DNA of 64,000 nt from Candidatus Parcubacteria bacterium (GTDB lineage Bacteria; Patescibacteriota; Patescibacteriia; Patescibacteriales; UBA12465): NCBI GenBank assembly GCA_023444045.1, contig JAEZRQ010000006.1, positions 113,786 through 177,785 on the forward strand, written 5' to 3'. The position numbers and the translations under genes were made by a program. The notes beneath the pieces are model-generated. The model ran no database searches and had not been told where the DNA came from. It worked only from the letters and a program-made list of their open reading frames with translations. Shown here piece by piece: positions 29,720-38,735 of this stretch; position 1 is the stretch's first letter; the number at the start of each line of letters is the position of its first letter.

Positions 29720-30499
29720 ATGGATTTATCTATTATTATAGTTAATTACAAAAGTAAAGATAAACTAATTTCTTGCTTAGAATCAATTAAGCAAGTTGAT
29801 TTAGGAAACCTAAAATATGAGGTGGTAGTGGTTGAAAATAATTCTGGTGATGATTTAAGTGATTTGTCTTATCCTAATTTCAAAACTATCATTAGTGCCG
29901 TTAATTTAGGTATGGGTGGCGGTAATAATTTAGGTATTAAGAATTCCGCTGGTGAATTTATTCTAATTTCTAATCCAGACATTGTTTTTACTAAAGATAG
30001 TATTTTGGCTTTATATAATTATCTAAAAAATAATAAACAAGTTGGTTTAATTGGCCCTAAACTTGTTTATCCAGATGGTTCTTTGCAATATTCCTGTGTC
30101 CGTTTCCCTAAGTTTTATACTCCGCTTTTAAGAAGAACGGCTATTGGTGAATTATTTCCTGGATTAATAGATCACTATTTAATGAAGCATGATGGGCATG
30201 AAGAGATTAAAAAAGTAGATTGGCTTTTGGGAGCCTGTTTTATGGTTAGACGCTCTGATATAGAAGATCAGCTTTTTGATGAACGTTATTTTATGTATTT
30301 TGAAGATGTGGATCTTTGTCGTCAAATTAATATGAGGGGTCAAGAGGTTGTTTACTATCCCTTAGTTAAGGTAATTCATAATCATGCCAGACAAAGTGCA
30401 CTGCTTCCTTGGTACACATCCTTAATAAAAAATAAAATTGCTAGAGAACATTTAAAATCAGCCTTCAGATATTTTAATAAGTGGCGCAAAATAAAATAA
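29720..30499 (+). CDS. Family 2 glycosyltransferase
   Basis: LSIIIVNYKS...VVVENNSGDD...NLGMGGGNNLG...SNPD...FEDVDLC. Confidence 0.88.
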   Translation: MDLSIIIVNYKSKDKLISCLESIKQVDLGNLKYEVVVVENNSGDDLSDLSYPNFKTIISAVNLGMGGGNNLGIKNSAGEFILISNPDIVFTKDSILALYNYLKNNKQVGLIGPKLVYPDGSLQYSCVRFPKFYTPLLRRTAIGELFPGLIDHYLMKHDGHEEIKKVDWLLGACFMVRRSDIEDQLFDERYFMYFEDVDLCRQINMRGQEVVYYPLVKVIHNHARQSALLPWYTSLIKNKIAREHLKSAFRYFNKWRKIK

Positions 30500-30503
30500 A
30501 TAT

Positions 30504-31382
30504 ATGAGAGAAGTAAAAAAAGTTATTATGCCGGTTGCTGGTTTTGGTACTAGGTTTTTACCAGCTACTAAAGCCCAACCTAAAGAAATGCTTCCAGTGG
30601 TTGATAAGCCGGTTATTCAATATTTAGTAGAACAAGCTTCTGAGGCAGGAATTAGTGAGGTTATTTTTGTGACTGGGCGAGGGAAGAGGGCGATTGAAGA
30701 CCATTTTGATTATTCTTTTGAGCTATCTAAAACACTGGTTGAAAAAAATAAATTAGATTTAGTTAAAAAAGTAGAGGCGATTGAGCGCTTGGCGAAGTTT
30801 TCTTATGTCAGGCAAAGTATTCCGCTTGGCGATGGCCATGCTATTAACTGTGCTGCTCATCTTGTCCACGAAGACGAACCGGTATTAATCATGTTTGGTG
30901 ATACCTTATATGATGCTGAGGTTTCACCAGTTAAACAATTACTAGAGGCTTATAATAAATATAAGTCACCAATAATAGGTTTAGCTGAAGTTGATATTAA
31001 TGAATTAAGTAAATTCGGTGTTATTGATGGCGTAGAGGTTGAAGAGAATGCTTTTAAAATAAATAAATTTGTTGAAAAACCATTAGCTGACGAGGCTCCG
31101 TCTAATTTAGTAGCCGTTGGTCTTTATATAATTACTCCAGAGATTTTAAGTATTTTAAGGAACATGCACCATGGTAAAAGTGGTGAAATTAGATTAGCGG
31201 ATGCTTTTGATGAGTTTCTCTCATCGGGCGGCTCTATTTATGGTTTAAAGTTAAAAGGGGAGTGGCTTGATACCGGTAACAAATTTAATTTTATTAAAGC
31301 GACTTTAAAGTTAGGAATTAAAGATCGGGAAATTGGTGGTGATTTAAAAAAACTAATTAAAGACTTAGCTTCTAAAATATAA
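30504..31382 (+). CDS. galU: UTP--glucose-1-phosphate uridylyltransferase
   Basis: N-terminal VIMPVAGFGTRFLPATKAQPKEMLPVVDKP signature. Confidence 0.92.
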   Translation: MREVKKVIMPVAGFGTRFLPATKAQPKEMLPVVDKPVIQYLVEQASEAGISEVIFVTGRGKRAIEDHFDYSFELSKTLVEKNKLDLVKKVEAIERLAKFSYVRQSIPLGDGHAINCAAHLVHEDEPVLIMFGDTLYDAEVSPVKQLLEAYNKYKSPIIGLAEVDINELSKFGVIDGVEVEENAFKINKFVEKPLADEAPSNLVAVGLYIITPEILSILRNMHHGKSGEIRLADAFDEFLSSGGSIYGLKLKGEWLDTGNKFNFIKATLKLGIKDREIGGDLKKLIKDLASKI

Positions 31383-31384
31383 TT

Positions 31385-31411
31385 AAAAAAAGCCTCGTTA
31401 GGGGCTTTTTT
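31385..31411. terminator. Bidirectional Rho-independent terminator
   Basis: A7-AGCCTC-gtta-GGGGCT-T6 between convergent galU and the PEGA protein gene. Confidence 0.8.
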
Positions 31412-31426
31412 GTAAGAATCGTTTTT

Positions 31427-32746
31427 TTATTTTAAATACATCTTATATAGTCCGCTTTGTTGGCCGATGGCCCCAGAAAAATACAGCAGGTTGTTTTTAT
31501 TATTAAAATAAAGAGATGATAAATTATTACCACTCCAAATGATAGTGATATCGTTTCCTTCATTAGTAATATTAATAATACCAATATTATTTTCGGTAGC
31601 GTAAATCAGGTAATTATCATCACTCCAGGCCAGTGACTTAATTTGTTCGCCTAAACGAGTAATTAGAGTTGATTTAAGTTGCTCTCGATTGTAAAGATAA
31701 ATTTCTGATTTGGTGGCATAAAGAAGCCTATTTTGATCAATCCATTTAAAGACAGATGTGTTACGGATAATGTCATCAATTATCTTTGAGGTATTGCCAA
31801 TAATATAAATAATTTGGTGCTCATTGTCTAAGAGTGTTAGATTTTGGTTAAGCTCTTTTGTAAATGCATAGTTGCTAGCAGCAAGTAGCTGGGTACTGCT
31901 TATCAGCTTTCCCTTAAAGTCAAAAACTTTTATTTCGGTTTTATCAGAACCACTGTCTATAATAAATAAGTTATTATTAGCTACTTCGTAAGCTAGTATT
32001 TTATTAGTACCATTTAGCAGGGAAATGCTGTTAGTGTTAATATCCAAAATTCCCAACTTTTTATCTTTTAAATAAAACAAGTAATTGTCAAATACTTTAA
32101 TATCCTCTACCTGGCCAATTATATCTTGGTAGTTAGAAAAAGAACTTTTTTCTAGATTAAATATTTTATCCCCAATATATACTTGTCTATCATCATCACT
32201 CCAAGATATTCTTTCACTATTGTTATTTTCAAAAACCGTCTGTTCATTTGTTAGGTTGATAATCTTTTTAGTTTCACTTAAGTAAGCATAGCCTCCATTT
32301 TTGGAATATAATATTTTTTGAGGATTCGCCATGATAACATTTAGGGGCAAGCTTTTTTTGAATAGAATCACATCTTCCAAGAAAGTAGTTTGTTCTGGAT
32401 AAATCGTTACCTTTTTCTCGTAAGGCCAATAATTTTCCATTGAAAAAGAAATTTTATAGTCTCCCGGCAAAAGATTTTTGACCTTGTATGGAGTAATTTT
32501 TTCTTTTTTAGAATTTAAAAAGGGAACCAAAGAGCTAATTCTAGTTTCACTTTCAATTTCTATTAGAGCCCCCTTTGGTTCAGTATTTAAAGCCAAAATG
32601 CCGGTCTTGATAAGTAGTTGATCAAACTTTAATGGCCAACTTAAATTAAAGCGATAGCCGGTGGCATGTAGGGAGAGGATGGTGGTGATGGTAATAAAGA
32701 GAAAGACAAAAATTCTAAACAACCAATCACGGGTTTTTTTAGTCAT
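31427..32746 (-). CDS. Membrane-anchored PEGA-domain protein with WD40/TolB-like repeat region
   Basis: N-terminal TM helix. PEGA pattern (LNTEPKGALIEI...TPYKVKNLLPGDYKISF). Repetitive beta-strand-rich C-terminal two thirds. Confidence 0.7.
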   Translation of the reverse strand: MTKKTRDWLFRIFVFLFITITTILSLHATGYRFNLSWPLKFDQLLIKTGILALNTEPKGALIEIESETRISSLVPFLNSKKEKITPYKVKNLLPGDYKISFSMENYWPYEKKVTIYPEQTTFLEDVILFKKSLPLNVIMANPQKILYSKNGGYAYLSETKKIINLTNEQTVFENNNSERISWSDDDRQVYIGDKIFNLEKSSFSNYQDIIGQVEDIKVFDNYLFYLKDKKLGILDINTNSISLLNGTNKILAYEVANNNLFIIDSGSDKTEIKVFDFKGKLISSTQLLAASNYAFTKELNQNLTLLDNEHQIIYIIGNTSKIIDDIIRNTSVFKWIDQNRLLYATKSEIYLYNREQLKSTLITRLGEQIKSLAWSDDNYLIYATENNIGIINITNEGNDITIIWSGNNLSSLYFNNKNNLLYFSGAIGQQSGLYKMYLK

Positions 32747-32751
32747 ACAGT

Positions 32752-34014
32752 TTAATCTATTCTTTGAATTTTGGCCCCAATTTTTTGTAATCTAGACTCT
32801 AACTGTTCATAACCGCGGTCTATTTGATAAATATTATCAATTTCCGTCACTCCATCAGCGATTAATCCGGCAATAACTAGGGCAATTCCCGCTCTTAAGT
32901 CGGGACTGATTAGGCGCTTACCCTGTAGTTTACTGGGCCCTTGAATAAGAATACGATGAGGGTCACACATTGTAATGTTAGCACCCATTTGTGAAAGCAT
33001 ATCAGTCCAAATTAAACGGCGGTCATAAATAGTCTCGTGAATTAGTGAAGCTCCTTGTGCTTGAGTCATCAAGACTACATAAGGTGATTGTAAATCAGTA
33101 GCGAAACCGGGATATTCATGGGTTTTGATGCTTTGAGCTTTTAGTACTCCACTTTTTTTTACTTGAATCCAGTTTTTACCCCATTCCAAGTTAACCCCCA
33201 CCTTCTTCAAAATAGTTAAAAGGGTCATGACATGTTCAGGATTGCAGTTGGTAATTTTGAGTTCGGCTTTAGCAGCAGCTGCCATGATGACAAACGATCC
33301 AGTTTCAATGCGGTCAGGGATAACTGTAAAAGTTCCAGCATTTAATTTTTTACAACCTTCAATGGTAATTGTTGGTGAGCCAGCGCCTTTGATTTTGGCT
33401 CCTTGTTTATTTAAATATTCAGCTAGTGCTTCAATTTCTGGTTCCATGGCGCAGTTTTTAAGAGTGGTCTTCCCGGGAATTAGGGAAGCGGTCATTAACA
33501 TACTTTCAGTGGCAGTAACACTAACTAAAGGGAAAAAATAGGTTGCTGGTTTTAGTTTCTGGGCTTTAATGTGGTAATACTGACCAGATTTTTCAGTTAC
33601 TTCAGCACCGAAGGCTTTATAACCATCAATAAAAAGATCAATTGGTCGCCCACCAGCACCAATAACACAACCTCCGGGGTGGGGAAACTTTACTTCCTTA
33701 AATCTAGCTAACATCGGACCAACAAACATAATAGAGCCCCGGAATTTATCTGCTAATTTTCTTTCTAGTTCAGTGGTCTTTATTTTTTTAGTATCAATTA
33801 TGGCGACATTTTTGTGACGAGTAACACTAGCGCCCATTGATTCCAGCAACTCTAAAGAGCGATCTACGTCTTCAATTAGGGGTAGATTTTTAATAGTGAT
33901 TGGTTTTTCAGATAAAATTGCTGCAGGGATTATCTTGATAGCAGAATTTTTAGCTCCCTTAACAGTAATTTCACCAGATAGTGGGGCTCCGCCAGTAATT
34001 AGGAATTTAGGCAT
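32752..34014 (-). CDS. murA: UDP-N-acetylglucosamine 1-carboxyvinyltransferase
   Basis: Full-length MurA (GGAPLSGEITVKGAKNSA...; active-site loop HPGGCVIGAGGRPIDL). Confidence 0.97.
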   Translation of the reverse strand: MPKFLITGGAPLSGEITVKGAKNSAIKIIPAAILSEKPITIKNLPLIEDVDRSLELLESMGASVTRHKNVAIIDTKKIKTTELERKLADKFRGSIMFVGPMLARFKEVKFPHPGGCVIGAGGRPIDLFIDGYKAFGAEVTEKSGQYYHIKAQKLKPATYFFPLVSVTATESMLMTASLIPGKTTLKNCAMEPEIEALAEYLNKQGAKIKGAGSPTITIEGCKKLNAGTFTVIPDRIETGSFVIMAAAAKAELKITNCNPEHVMTLLTILKKVGVNLEWGKNWIQVKKSGVLKAQSIKTHEYPGFATDLQSPYVVLMTQAQGASLIHETIYDRRLIWTDMLSQMGANITMCDPHRILIQGPSKLQGKRLISPDLRAGIALVIAGLIADGVTEIDNIYQIDRGYEQLESRLQKIGAKIQRID

Positions 34015-34060
34015 ATTTATTTTTTATTTAAATTTAAGTACTTTCACTATAATCTATTTA

Positions 34061-34088
34061 TTGACATTTTTCAAATATTTGGTAATAT
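34061..34088 (+). promoter_or_regulatory. Putative rplU promoter
   Basis: TTGACA (34061-34066), 16-nt spacer ending in TGg, TAATAT (34083-34088). Confidence 0.55.
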
Positions 34089-34102
34089 AAGAACGTATCT
34101 TA

Positions 34103-34142
34103 AGCCAAGCGTGGCAGCGCCCTTTGCCTATTGGCTGTTTTT
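34103..34142 (+). promoter_or_regulatory. Terminator-like hairpin in the rplU 5' leader (possible r-protein autoregulatory attenuator)
   Basis: AGCCAA...TTGGCT outer stem enclosing GGC-agc-GCC, followed by GTTTTT. Located between the promoter and the rplU ATG. Confidence 0.4.
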
Positions 34143-34167
34143 ATTCTTAAATTAGTAAAATTATCCT

Positions 34168-34479
34168 ATGAAAATCGCCATTATCAAGACCGGAGGCAAA
34201 CAATATCGCGTCAAAGAAGGTCAAATCCTTAAAGTTGAAAAATTAACCGCTGAAGCCGGTAGCACTGTTAAGTTTGACACTTTACTAGTATCTGATGAAG
34301 AGGCTAATAACCTAGAATTAGGTGCTCCATCTTTAGGAGAAAAGGTTAGCGCTGAAGTAATTAAAACTGCTAAAGACGATAAGGTAACGGTTGTAAAATA
34401 TAAAAGCAAGACTCGTTATAAAAAAACAGTTGGTCACAGACAACTTAAAACCGCTGTTAAAATTACTGCTATTGCTTAA
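34168..34479 (+). CDS. rplU: 50S ribosomal protein L21
   Basis: MKIAIIKTGGKQYRVKEGQ...KYKSKTRYKKTVGHRQ: canonical bL21. Confidence 0.95.
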   Translation: MKIAIIKTGGKQYRVKEGQILKVEKLTAEAGSTVKFDTLLVSDEEANNLELGAPSLGEKVSAEVIKTAKDDKVTVVKYKSKTRYKKTVGHRQLKTAVKITAIA

Positions 34480-34494
34480 TACTTCAAATAAAAT

Positions 34495-34529
34495 AAAAAA
34501 TCCGTATTCATCTGAAGCGGATTTTTTTT
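34495..34529. terminator. Bidirectional Rho-independent terminator
   Basis: A6-TCCG...CGGA-T8. Serves rplU (+) and the dnaB-ybaB-recR-small ORF unit (-). Confidence 0.75.
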
Positions 34530-34684
34530 ATTTTTGACTTAATTAAATTTGCCAAGTCTCGCTCTTGAAAGACTAACCAGATAGCAAAATTTTTAAGCCA
34601 TTTAACTTTCGGTTGCTTTTTGTGTATTCTAATTATTAGAATAACAAACAGGGAAACAGTTACGTACATTGTGATCCAAAACAT
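34508..34684 (-). CDS. Unlisted small membrane protein (58 aa), hypothetical
   Basis: My own translation: MFWITMYVTVSLFVILIIRIHKKQPKVKWLKNFAIWLVFQERDLANLIKSKIKKIRFR. GGAGG (34695-34691) lies 6 nt upstream of the ATG and directly after the recR stop. The stop codon is embedded in the terminator hairpin. Confidence 0.45.
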   Translation of the reverse strand: MFWITMYVTVSLFVILIIRIHKKQPKVKWLKNFAIWLVFQERDLANLIKSKIKKIRFR

Positions 34685-34695
34685 TCTATACCTCC

Positions 34696-35295
34696 TTATT
34701 TTATTTCGTTACGATATTTAAGCGCTGTTGCTAGGGTCATTTCATCGGCATATTCTAAATCAGAACCAGCCGGTAAACCTTTAGCTAAGCGGGTTATTTT
34801 TAAATTGCTGTTTTCTAGAACTTTTTTTAAGTAAAGCGCGGTACTCTCTCCTTCTAAAGTAAAGTTAAGGGCAATAATTATTTCTTGATAGTTTTCTTGT
34901 CTAATTTTCTTTAGTAATCTTTCAATATTCAAATCCTCCGGTTTAATATTTTCAATGGTGTTAACCAGGCCGCCTAGAATAAAGTATTGTCCTTTAAATT
35001 GTTTGGTTGCTTCAAGGGACAACATATCTTGAGTATTCTCAACTAAACAAAGAGTATTATTTTTTCGGTTTTCATCCTGGCAGATAGAGCAGGGGCTGCT
35101 TTCAGAAACCGCTAAACAACTACTGCAGATAGTCGTGTTTTGTTTTAATTCACTTAAAGACTTAGCTAGGCTTTCTAGTTTTTCTGGGGAGCTTTTAAGT
35201 AAATGAAAAACATAGCGTTCAGCCGTTTTTGGACCGACACTTGGTAATTGGCAAAAAGCCTCTATTAAATTAGCAATCGCGCGAGGAAAGCGCAT
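34696..35295 (-). CDS. recR: Recombination protein RecR
   Basis: HhH (LPSVGPKTAERY), C4 zinc finger (CSSC...CSIC), Toprim domain. Confidence 0.95.
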   Translation of the reverse strand: MRFPRAIANLIEAFCQLPSVGPKTAERYVFHLLKSSPEKLESLAKSLSELKQNTTICSSCLAVSESSPCSICQDENRKNNTLCLVENTQDMLSLEATKQFKGQYFILGGLVNTIENIKPEDLNIERLLKKIRQENYQEIIIALNFTLEGESTALYLKKVLENSNLKITRLAKGLPAGSDLEYADEMTLATALKYRNEIK

Positions 35296-35305
35296 GTTGT
35301 TCTAA

Positions 35306-35581
35306 TTAATTTAAACCAGGAAAACCGCCCATGTCTTGTAATTTTTTAGCCATTAAGCGCTGGGTTCTTTTAATTGCTTCGTTTAAACAATTTTTGGTAT
35401 CACTTTCAATTGAAGCTTTAGTTTGTCCGTCAGCAATAACCACCGACATAATTTCCATGTTACCATTCATAGTAATTTTGACACCACCTTTTTCTTCGGT
35501 AATTGTTTCTTGGGATAAGGCGTCTTGCATGGTTTTAGCCTGGGTTCTTAAGTCTTTAAATTGTTTTAATTTGTTAAACAT
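35306..35581 (-). CDS. ybaB: Nucleoid-associated protein YbaB/EbfC
   Basis: About 90 aa with the YbaB pattern (GGVKITMNGNMEI...I). Classic position upstream of recR. Confidence 0.9.
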   Translation of the reverse strand: MFNKLKQFKDLRTQAKTMQDALSQETITEEKGGVKITMNGNMEIMSVVIADGQTKASIESDTKNCLNEAIKRTQRLMAKKLQDMGGFPGLN

Positions 35582-35602
35582 ATTTTAATATTTATTAATT
35601 TT

Positions 35603-37006
35603 TTAAAATTCTACTGGTTGATCATGACCGCCTTTGGCCATGTTTCTAAAACTGGCAGTATTTTCATCAAAGAATAAATTAATTTGTCCGGTTGGTCCGT
35701 TGCGGTGTTTGGCGATATGAATCTCCGCTTTATACCTTTCATCCATTGGTAGGTCAGCTGGGTTGAAGTTACGATCAGCCGCTTTACGGTAAATAAACAT
35801 TACAATATCAGCATCTTGTTCAATAGAACCAGAGTCACGCAAGTGAGATAATTTTGGAATTGCGGGATTCATCGCTTCAACAGCACGTGATAACTGAGCT
35901 AAAGCTAAAACAGGGACGTTTAACTCACGAGCAATTGATTTTAAGCCACGACTAATTTCGGCAATCTCCTGAACTCGGTTTTCGCCATATTTACCTTTAC
36001 CTTCCATGAGCTGCAAGTAGTCAATTACAATTAAACCTAGCCCCTTTTCCATCTGTAGACGGCGGCATTTAGCTCTAATTTCCATAATTGATAGTGATCC
36101 AGAGTCATCAATATAAATCTGGGCTTCGGCTAATTTGCCCATAGCATCAGCAATCTTTACAAAATCATTATCATCATCTTTGTCGCTCAAGTTTCCGGTT
36201 CTCATTTTCCAAAGGTTTACCTGGGCCTGGGCGCAAAGCATACGATCAACTAATTGTTCTTTACTCATTTCCAAAGAGAAAATTCCAACCCCAACTTTAT
36301 TTCTGATGGCCGCTTGTCTAGCAATATCCAAAGCAAACGAAGTTTTTCCCACTGAAGGTCGAGCGGCTAAAATAAGTAAATCGGATTTTTGCAGACCGGC
36401 CAGTAGATTATCTAAATCGTTAAAGCCGGTAGACAAACCTCTTAAACCGCTGCCAGTTTTTTTATGTAAGTCATCAATTCTTTCAAAAGCTTCATTAAGT
36501 AGACTATCAATTGGCAAAAAAGCATTTTTTAAATATTTTCTGGAAACGGCAAAAATCTTTTTCTCAGTCTCATCAAGCACTTCATCAATTTCTCTTTCCT
36601 CGTCATAGCTAATAGTCATTATTTCTGAAGCCGCTTGTTGCAGTCTTCTTAGGGTGGCCTTACGCTGGATGATATTGGCGTAGTTAACAATGTTAGAGGA
36701 AGTGGCTACTAAATTAGAAAGATGCGCTAAGAAAGTACGGCCGCCAACAGTTGTTAGTTGTTTCTTTTCTTCTAAGCGGTTAGACAAGGTGATAATATCA
36801 ATCGGCTCCTGATTACTGTATAGTTCTTTAATTGTCTCAAAAACTATTTTATGGGCGTCTTTATAAAAATCCTGGGGTAGAATATTATCAACTACCCTAA
36901 TAATGGCGTCTTTATCAATCAAAAGACAGCCAAGTAAAGACTCTTCAGCTTCCAGGCTGTGAGGTGGTATCTTTTCTAAATTGTTTTTTTCGTTTTGACT
37001 GGCCAT
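35603..37006 (-). CDS. dnaB: Replicative DNA helicase DnaB
   Basis: PPHSLEAEESLLGCLL N-domain, Walker A ARPSVGKTSFAL, Walker B VIDYLQLM, no intein. Confidence 0.97.
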   Translation of the reverse strand: MASQNEKNNLEKIPPHSLEAEESLLGCLLIDKDAIIRVVDNILPQDFYKDAHKIVFETIKELYSNQEPIDIITLSNRLEEKKQLTTVGGRTFLAHLSNLVATSSNIVNYANIIQRKATLRRLQQAASEIMTISYDEEREIDEVLDETEKKIFAVSRKYLKNAFLPIDSLLNEAFERIDDLHKKTGSGLRGLSTGFNDLDNLLAGLQKSDLLILAARPSVGKTSFALDIARQAAIRNKVGVGIFSLEMSKEQLVDRMLCAQAQVNLWKMRTGNLSDKDDDNDFVKIADAMGKLAEAQIYIDDSGSLSIMEIRAKCRRLQMEKGLGLIVIDYLQLMEGKGKYGENRVQEIAEISRGLKSIARELNVPVLALAQLSRAVEAMNPAIPKLSHLRDSGSIEQDADIVMFIYRKAADRNFNPADLPMDERYKAEIHIAKHRNGPTGQINLFFDENTASFRNMAKGGHDQPVEF

Positions 37007-37095
37007 AGGGTTTTTGGTTTCTATATCTTAACCCAAGAACTAGGACTTTTCAAGGCTTGCTTATTAACAAATTATTAACCTCTTATCCACTATAT

Positions 37096-37130
37096 AAAAA
37101 ACCACTAATTCTAAAAATAGTGGTTTTTTC
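37096..37130 (-). terminator. Rho-independent terminator after the tRNA pair
   Basis: AACCACTA...TAGTGGTT stem flanked by A6/T6, immediately 3' of tRNA-Thr on the minus strand. Confidence 0.75.
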
Positions 37131-37206
37131 TGGAGCCGACTGTCGGGCTCGGACCGACGACCTGCTGTTTACAAGACAGCTGCTCTACCAGCTGAGCTAA
37201 GTCGGC
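37131..37206 (-). tRNA. tRNA-Thr (anticodon UGU), CCA encoded
   Basis: Hand-folded cloverleaf: acceptor GCCGACT/AGTCGGC, D arm GCTC-AGCTGGTA-GAGC, anticodon arm GCTGT-CTTGTAA-ACAGC, T arm GTCGG-TTCGAGC-CCGAC, discriminator T then CCA. Confidence 0.93.
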
Positions 37207-37219
37207 TTAAAAAACAATG

Positions 37220-37292
37220 TGCGCCCAGCAGGATTCGAACCTGCGACCTTCTCCTTAAAAGGGAGCTGCTCTACCAGCTGAGCTATGAGCGC
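37220..37292 (-). tRNA. tRNA-Lys (anticodon UUU), no encoded CCA
   Basis: Acceptor GCGCTCA/TGGGCGC, D arm GCTC-AGCTGGTA-GAGC, anticodon loop CTTTTAA (27-43 is G-A), T arm GCAGG-TTCGAAT-CCTGC. Confidence 0.9.
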
Positions 37293-37333
37293 ATTATACA
37301 AACTATGTTTGATACTAACAAAAAAAAATTCCT

Positions 37334-37362
37334 TTGACAAGAGGTAACAAGAAAATTATAAT
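37334..37362 (+). promoter_or_regulatory. Consensus sigma70-type promoter of the mtaB-like gene
   Basis: TTGACA (37334-37339), 17-nt spacer, TATAAT (37357-37362). Confidence 0.6.
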
Positions 37363-37405
37363 GTTTTATAATCCCTTTACTTAAAAATCTCAAAATATTC
37401 TAAAG

Positions 37406-38623
37406 ATGTCAAGACCAACTTTTTTAATTATTGCCTTGGGTTGCAAGGTTAGCCAATATGATGCCGCTGTTTTAAAACGTTCTTTACTTAGCAGCGGTTT
37501 TGTTTTTTCTAGCAAAAATCCCGATTTAGTAATTATTAATACTTGTTCGGTGACTAAAAATGCAATCACTAAAGATAGGCACACAATCAAAAAAATGCAG
37601 GCCAGTTTTCCTAAAGCAAAATTGGTAGTGATGGGCTGTTGGCCACAAACTGATGATCAAATTGAAATAGATAATGTTTTGCTTTGGGGGGTTGGCAAAT
37701 TAGACCGGTTGCAGAAAAAAATCTTAGCGCTATTTCCAAAAATAAAAAAACGGCCAATAGTTTTAGAAAGCGGCCTGATTGTGCCGTCTGATAAATCGCG
37801 TTATTTTCTTAAGGTTGGTGATGGTTGTAATCAGTTTTGCTCCTATTGCATTATTCCTCATGCCAGAGGGCCGATAGTCAGTCGTCCATCTGCTGAGCTA
37901 AAAAATGAGGTAGCAGCGGCAATTAAGGCCGGTTATCAAGAAATTGTTCTATCCGGTATCCACCTGGGTCGCTATGGTAATGATTTAAAAGATAAAAGCT
38001 CTTTAGTTTCTCTGCTAAAAGAGTTGCTCACGGTTCCTGGCCTTGGCCGCATTAGATTAAGTTCAATTGAAATAAATGAAGTAGATGATAAGCTAATTGA
38101 TCTAATGAAAAATAATGAAAAAATTTGTCAGCATTTACACATTTCTTTGCAATCTGGCTCTGATAAGATCTTAAAATTGATGAAGCGTCCTTATAATACT
38201 GATTTCTTTGAGAAGAGAGTTGCCAAGCTTCGCTCTGCTATGCCAAATATTGCTATCTCCACAGATATTATTGTCGGCTTTCCTGGAGAAAGCGGGGAAG
38301 ACTTCGCTGATACCTGTCGTTTCGCCGAAAGTATTGCTTTCAGCAAGATCCATGTCTTTGCTTTTTCGGCTCATGAAAAAACCCCAGCTTACAATCTGCC
38401 AGATAAAGTGGCTTATGATAAAATTAAACAAAGATCTAAGATTTTAAGAGAAATATCTACCCATCTGGAAAAAACTTATCAAGCAAAAACTTTAAAGGCT
38501 TTAGCCGGTTCTAAAATAAAAGTTTTATTGGAGAAAAAAGGCGCCGCTAAAACAGAATTTTATTTTGATATCCCTTTTGACAAGAAGGCTAAGGTTGGTA
38601 GTTTACAGGACATAGATATTTAA
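37406..38623 (+). CDS. mtaB: Radical SAM methylthiotransferase, MtaB-like
   Basis: UPF0004 N-domain with ALGCKVSQYD (MtaB-type), radical SAM CNQFCSYCIIP. Confidence 0.8.
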   Translation: MSRPTFLIIALGCKVSQYDAAVLKRSLLSSGFVFSSKNPDLVIINTCSVTKNAITKDRHTIKKMQASFPKAKLVVMGCWPQTDDQIEIDNVLLWGVGKLDRLQKKILALFPKIKKRPIVLESGLIVPSDKSRYFLKVGDGCNQFCSYCIIPHARGPIVSRPSAELKNEVAAAIKAGYQEIVLSGIHLGRYGNDLKDKSSLVSLLKELLTVPGLGRIRLSSIEINEVDDKLIDLMKNNEKICQHLHISLQSGSDKILKLMKRPYNTDFFEKRVAKLRSAMPNIAISTDIIVGFPGESGEDFADTCRFAESIAFSKIHVFAFSAHEKTPAYNLPDKVAYDKIKQRSKILREISTHLEKTYQAKTLKALAGSKIKVLLEKKGAAKTEFYFDIPFDKKAKVGSLQDIDI

Positions 38624-38627
38624 CGCG

Positions 38628-38654
38628 AACCCTCCGTCTAAGGAGGGTTTTTTG
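38628..38654 (+). terminator. Rho-independent terminator
   Basis: ACCCTCC-gtctaa-GGAGGGT followed by T6. Confidence 0.85.
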
Positions 38655-38735
38655 TTTTTATGGTAAAATAATATATAGCAAGTGTTACTTTTCTATAATC
38701 TCACCGTTATATATTATATAAGGCTATAGCAACTT

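Noticed and set aside
37293-37321. Minus-strand TTGTTA-17-TGTATAAT promoter-like motif directly abutting the 5' end of tRNA-Lys.
   Set aside because: The -10 hexamer ends at the first nucleotide of the mature tRNA, so the predicted start site would fall inside the tRNA. This is probably a chance A/T-rich match, and the real promoter is likely further upstream.
38701-38730. AT palindrome TTATATATTATATAA upstream of the sigma gene, considered as a dif/Xer site.
   Set aside because: It does not match the conserved XerD-arm TTATG(T)TAAAT pattern. Simple A/T palindromes are frequent in this genome. It is more likely part of the promoter region.
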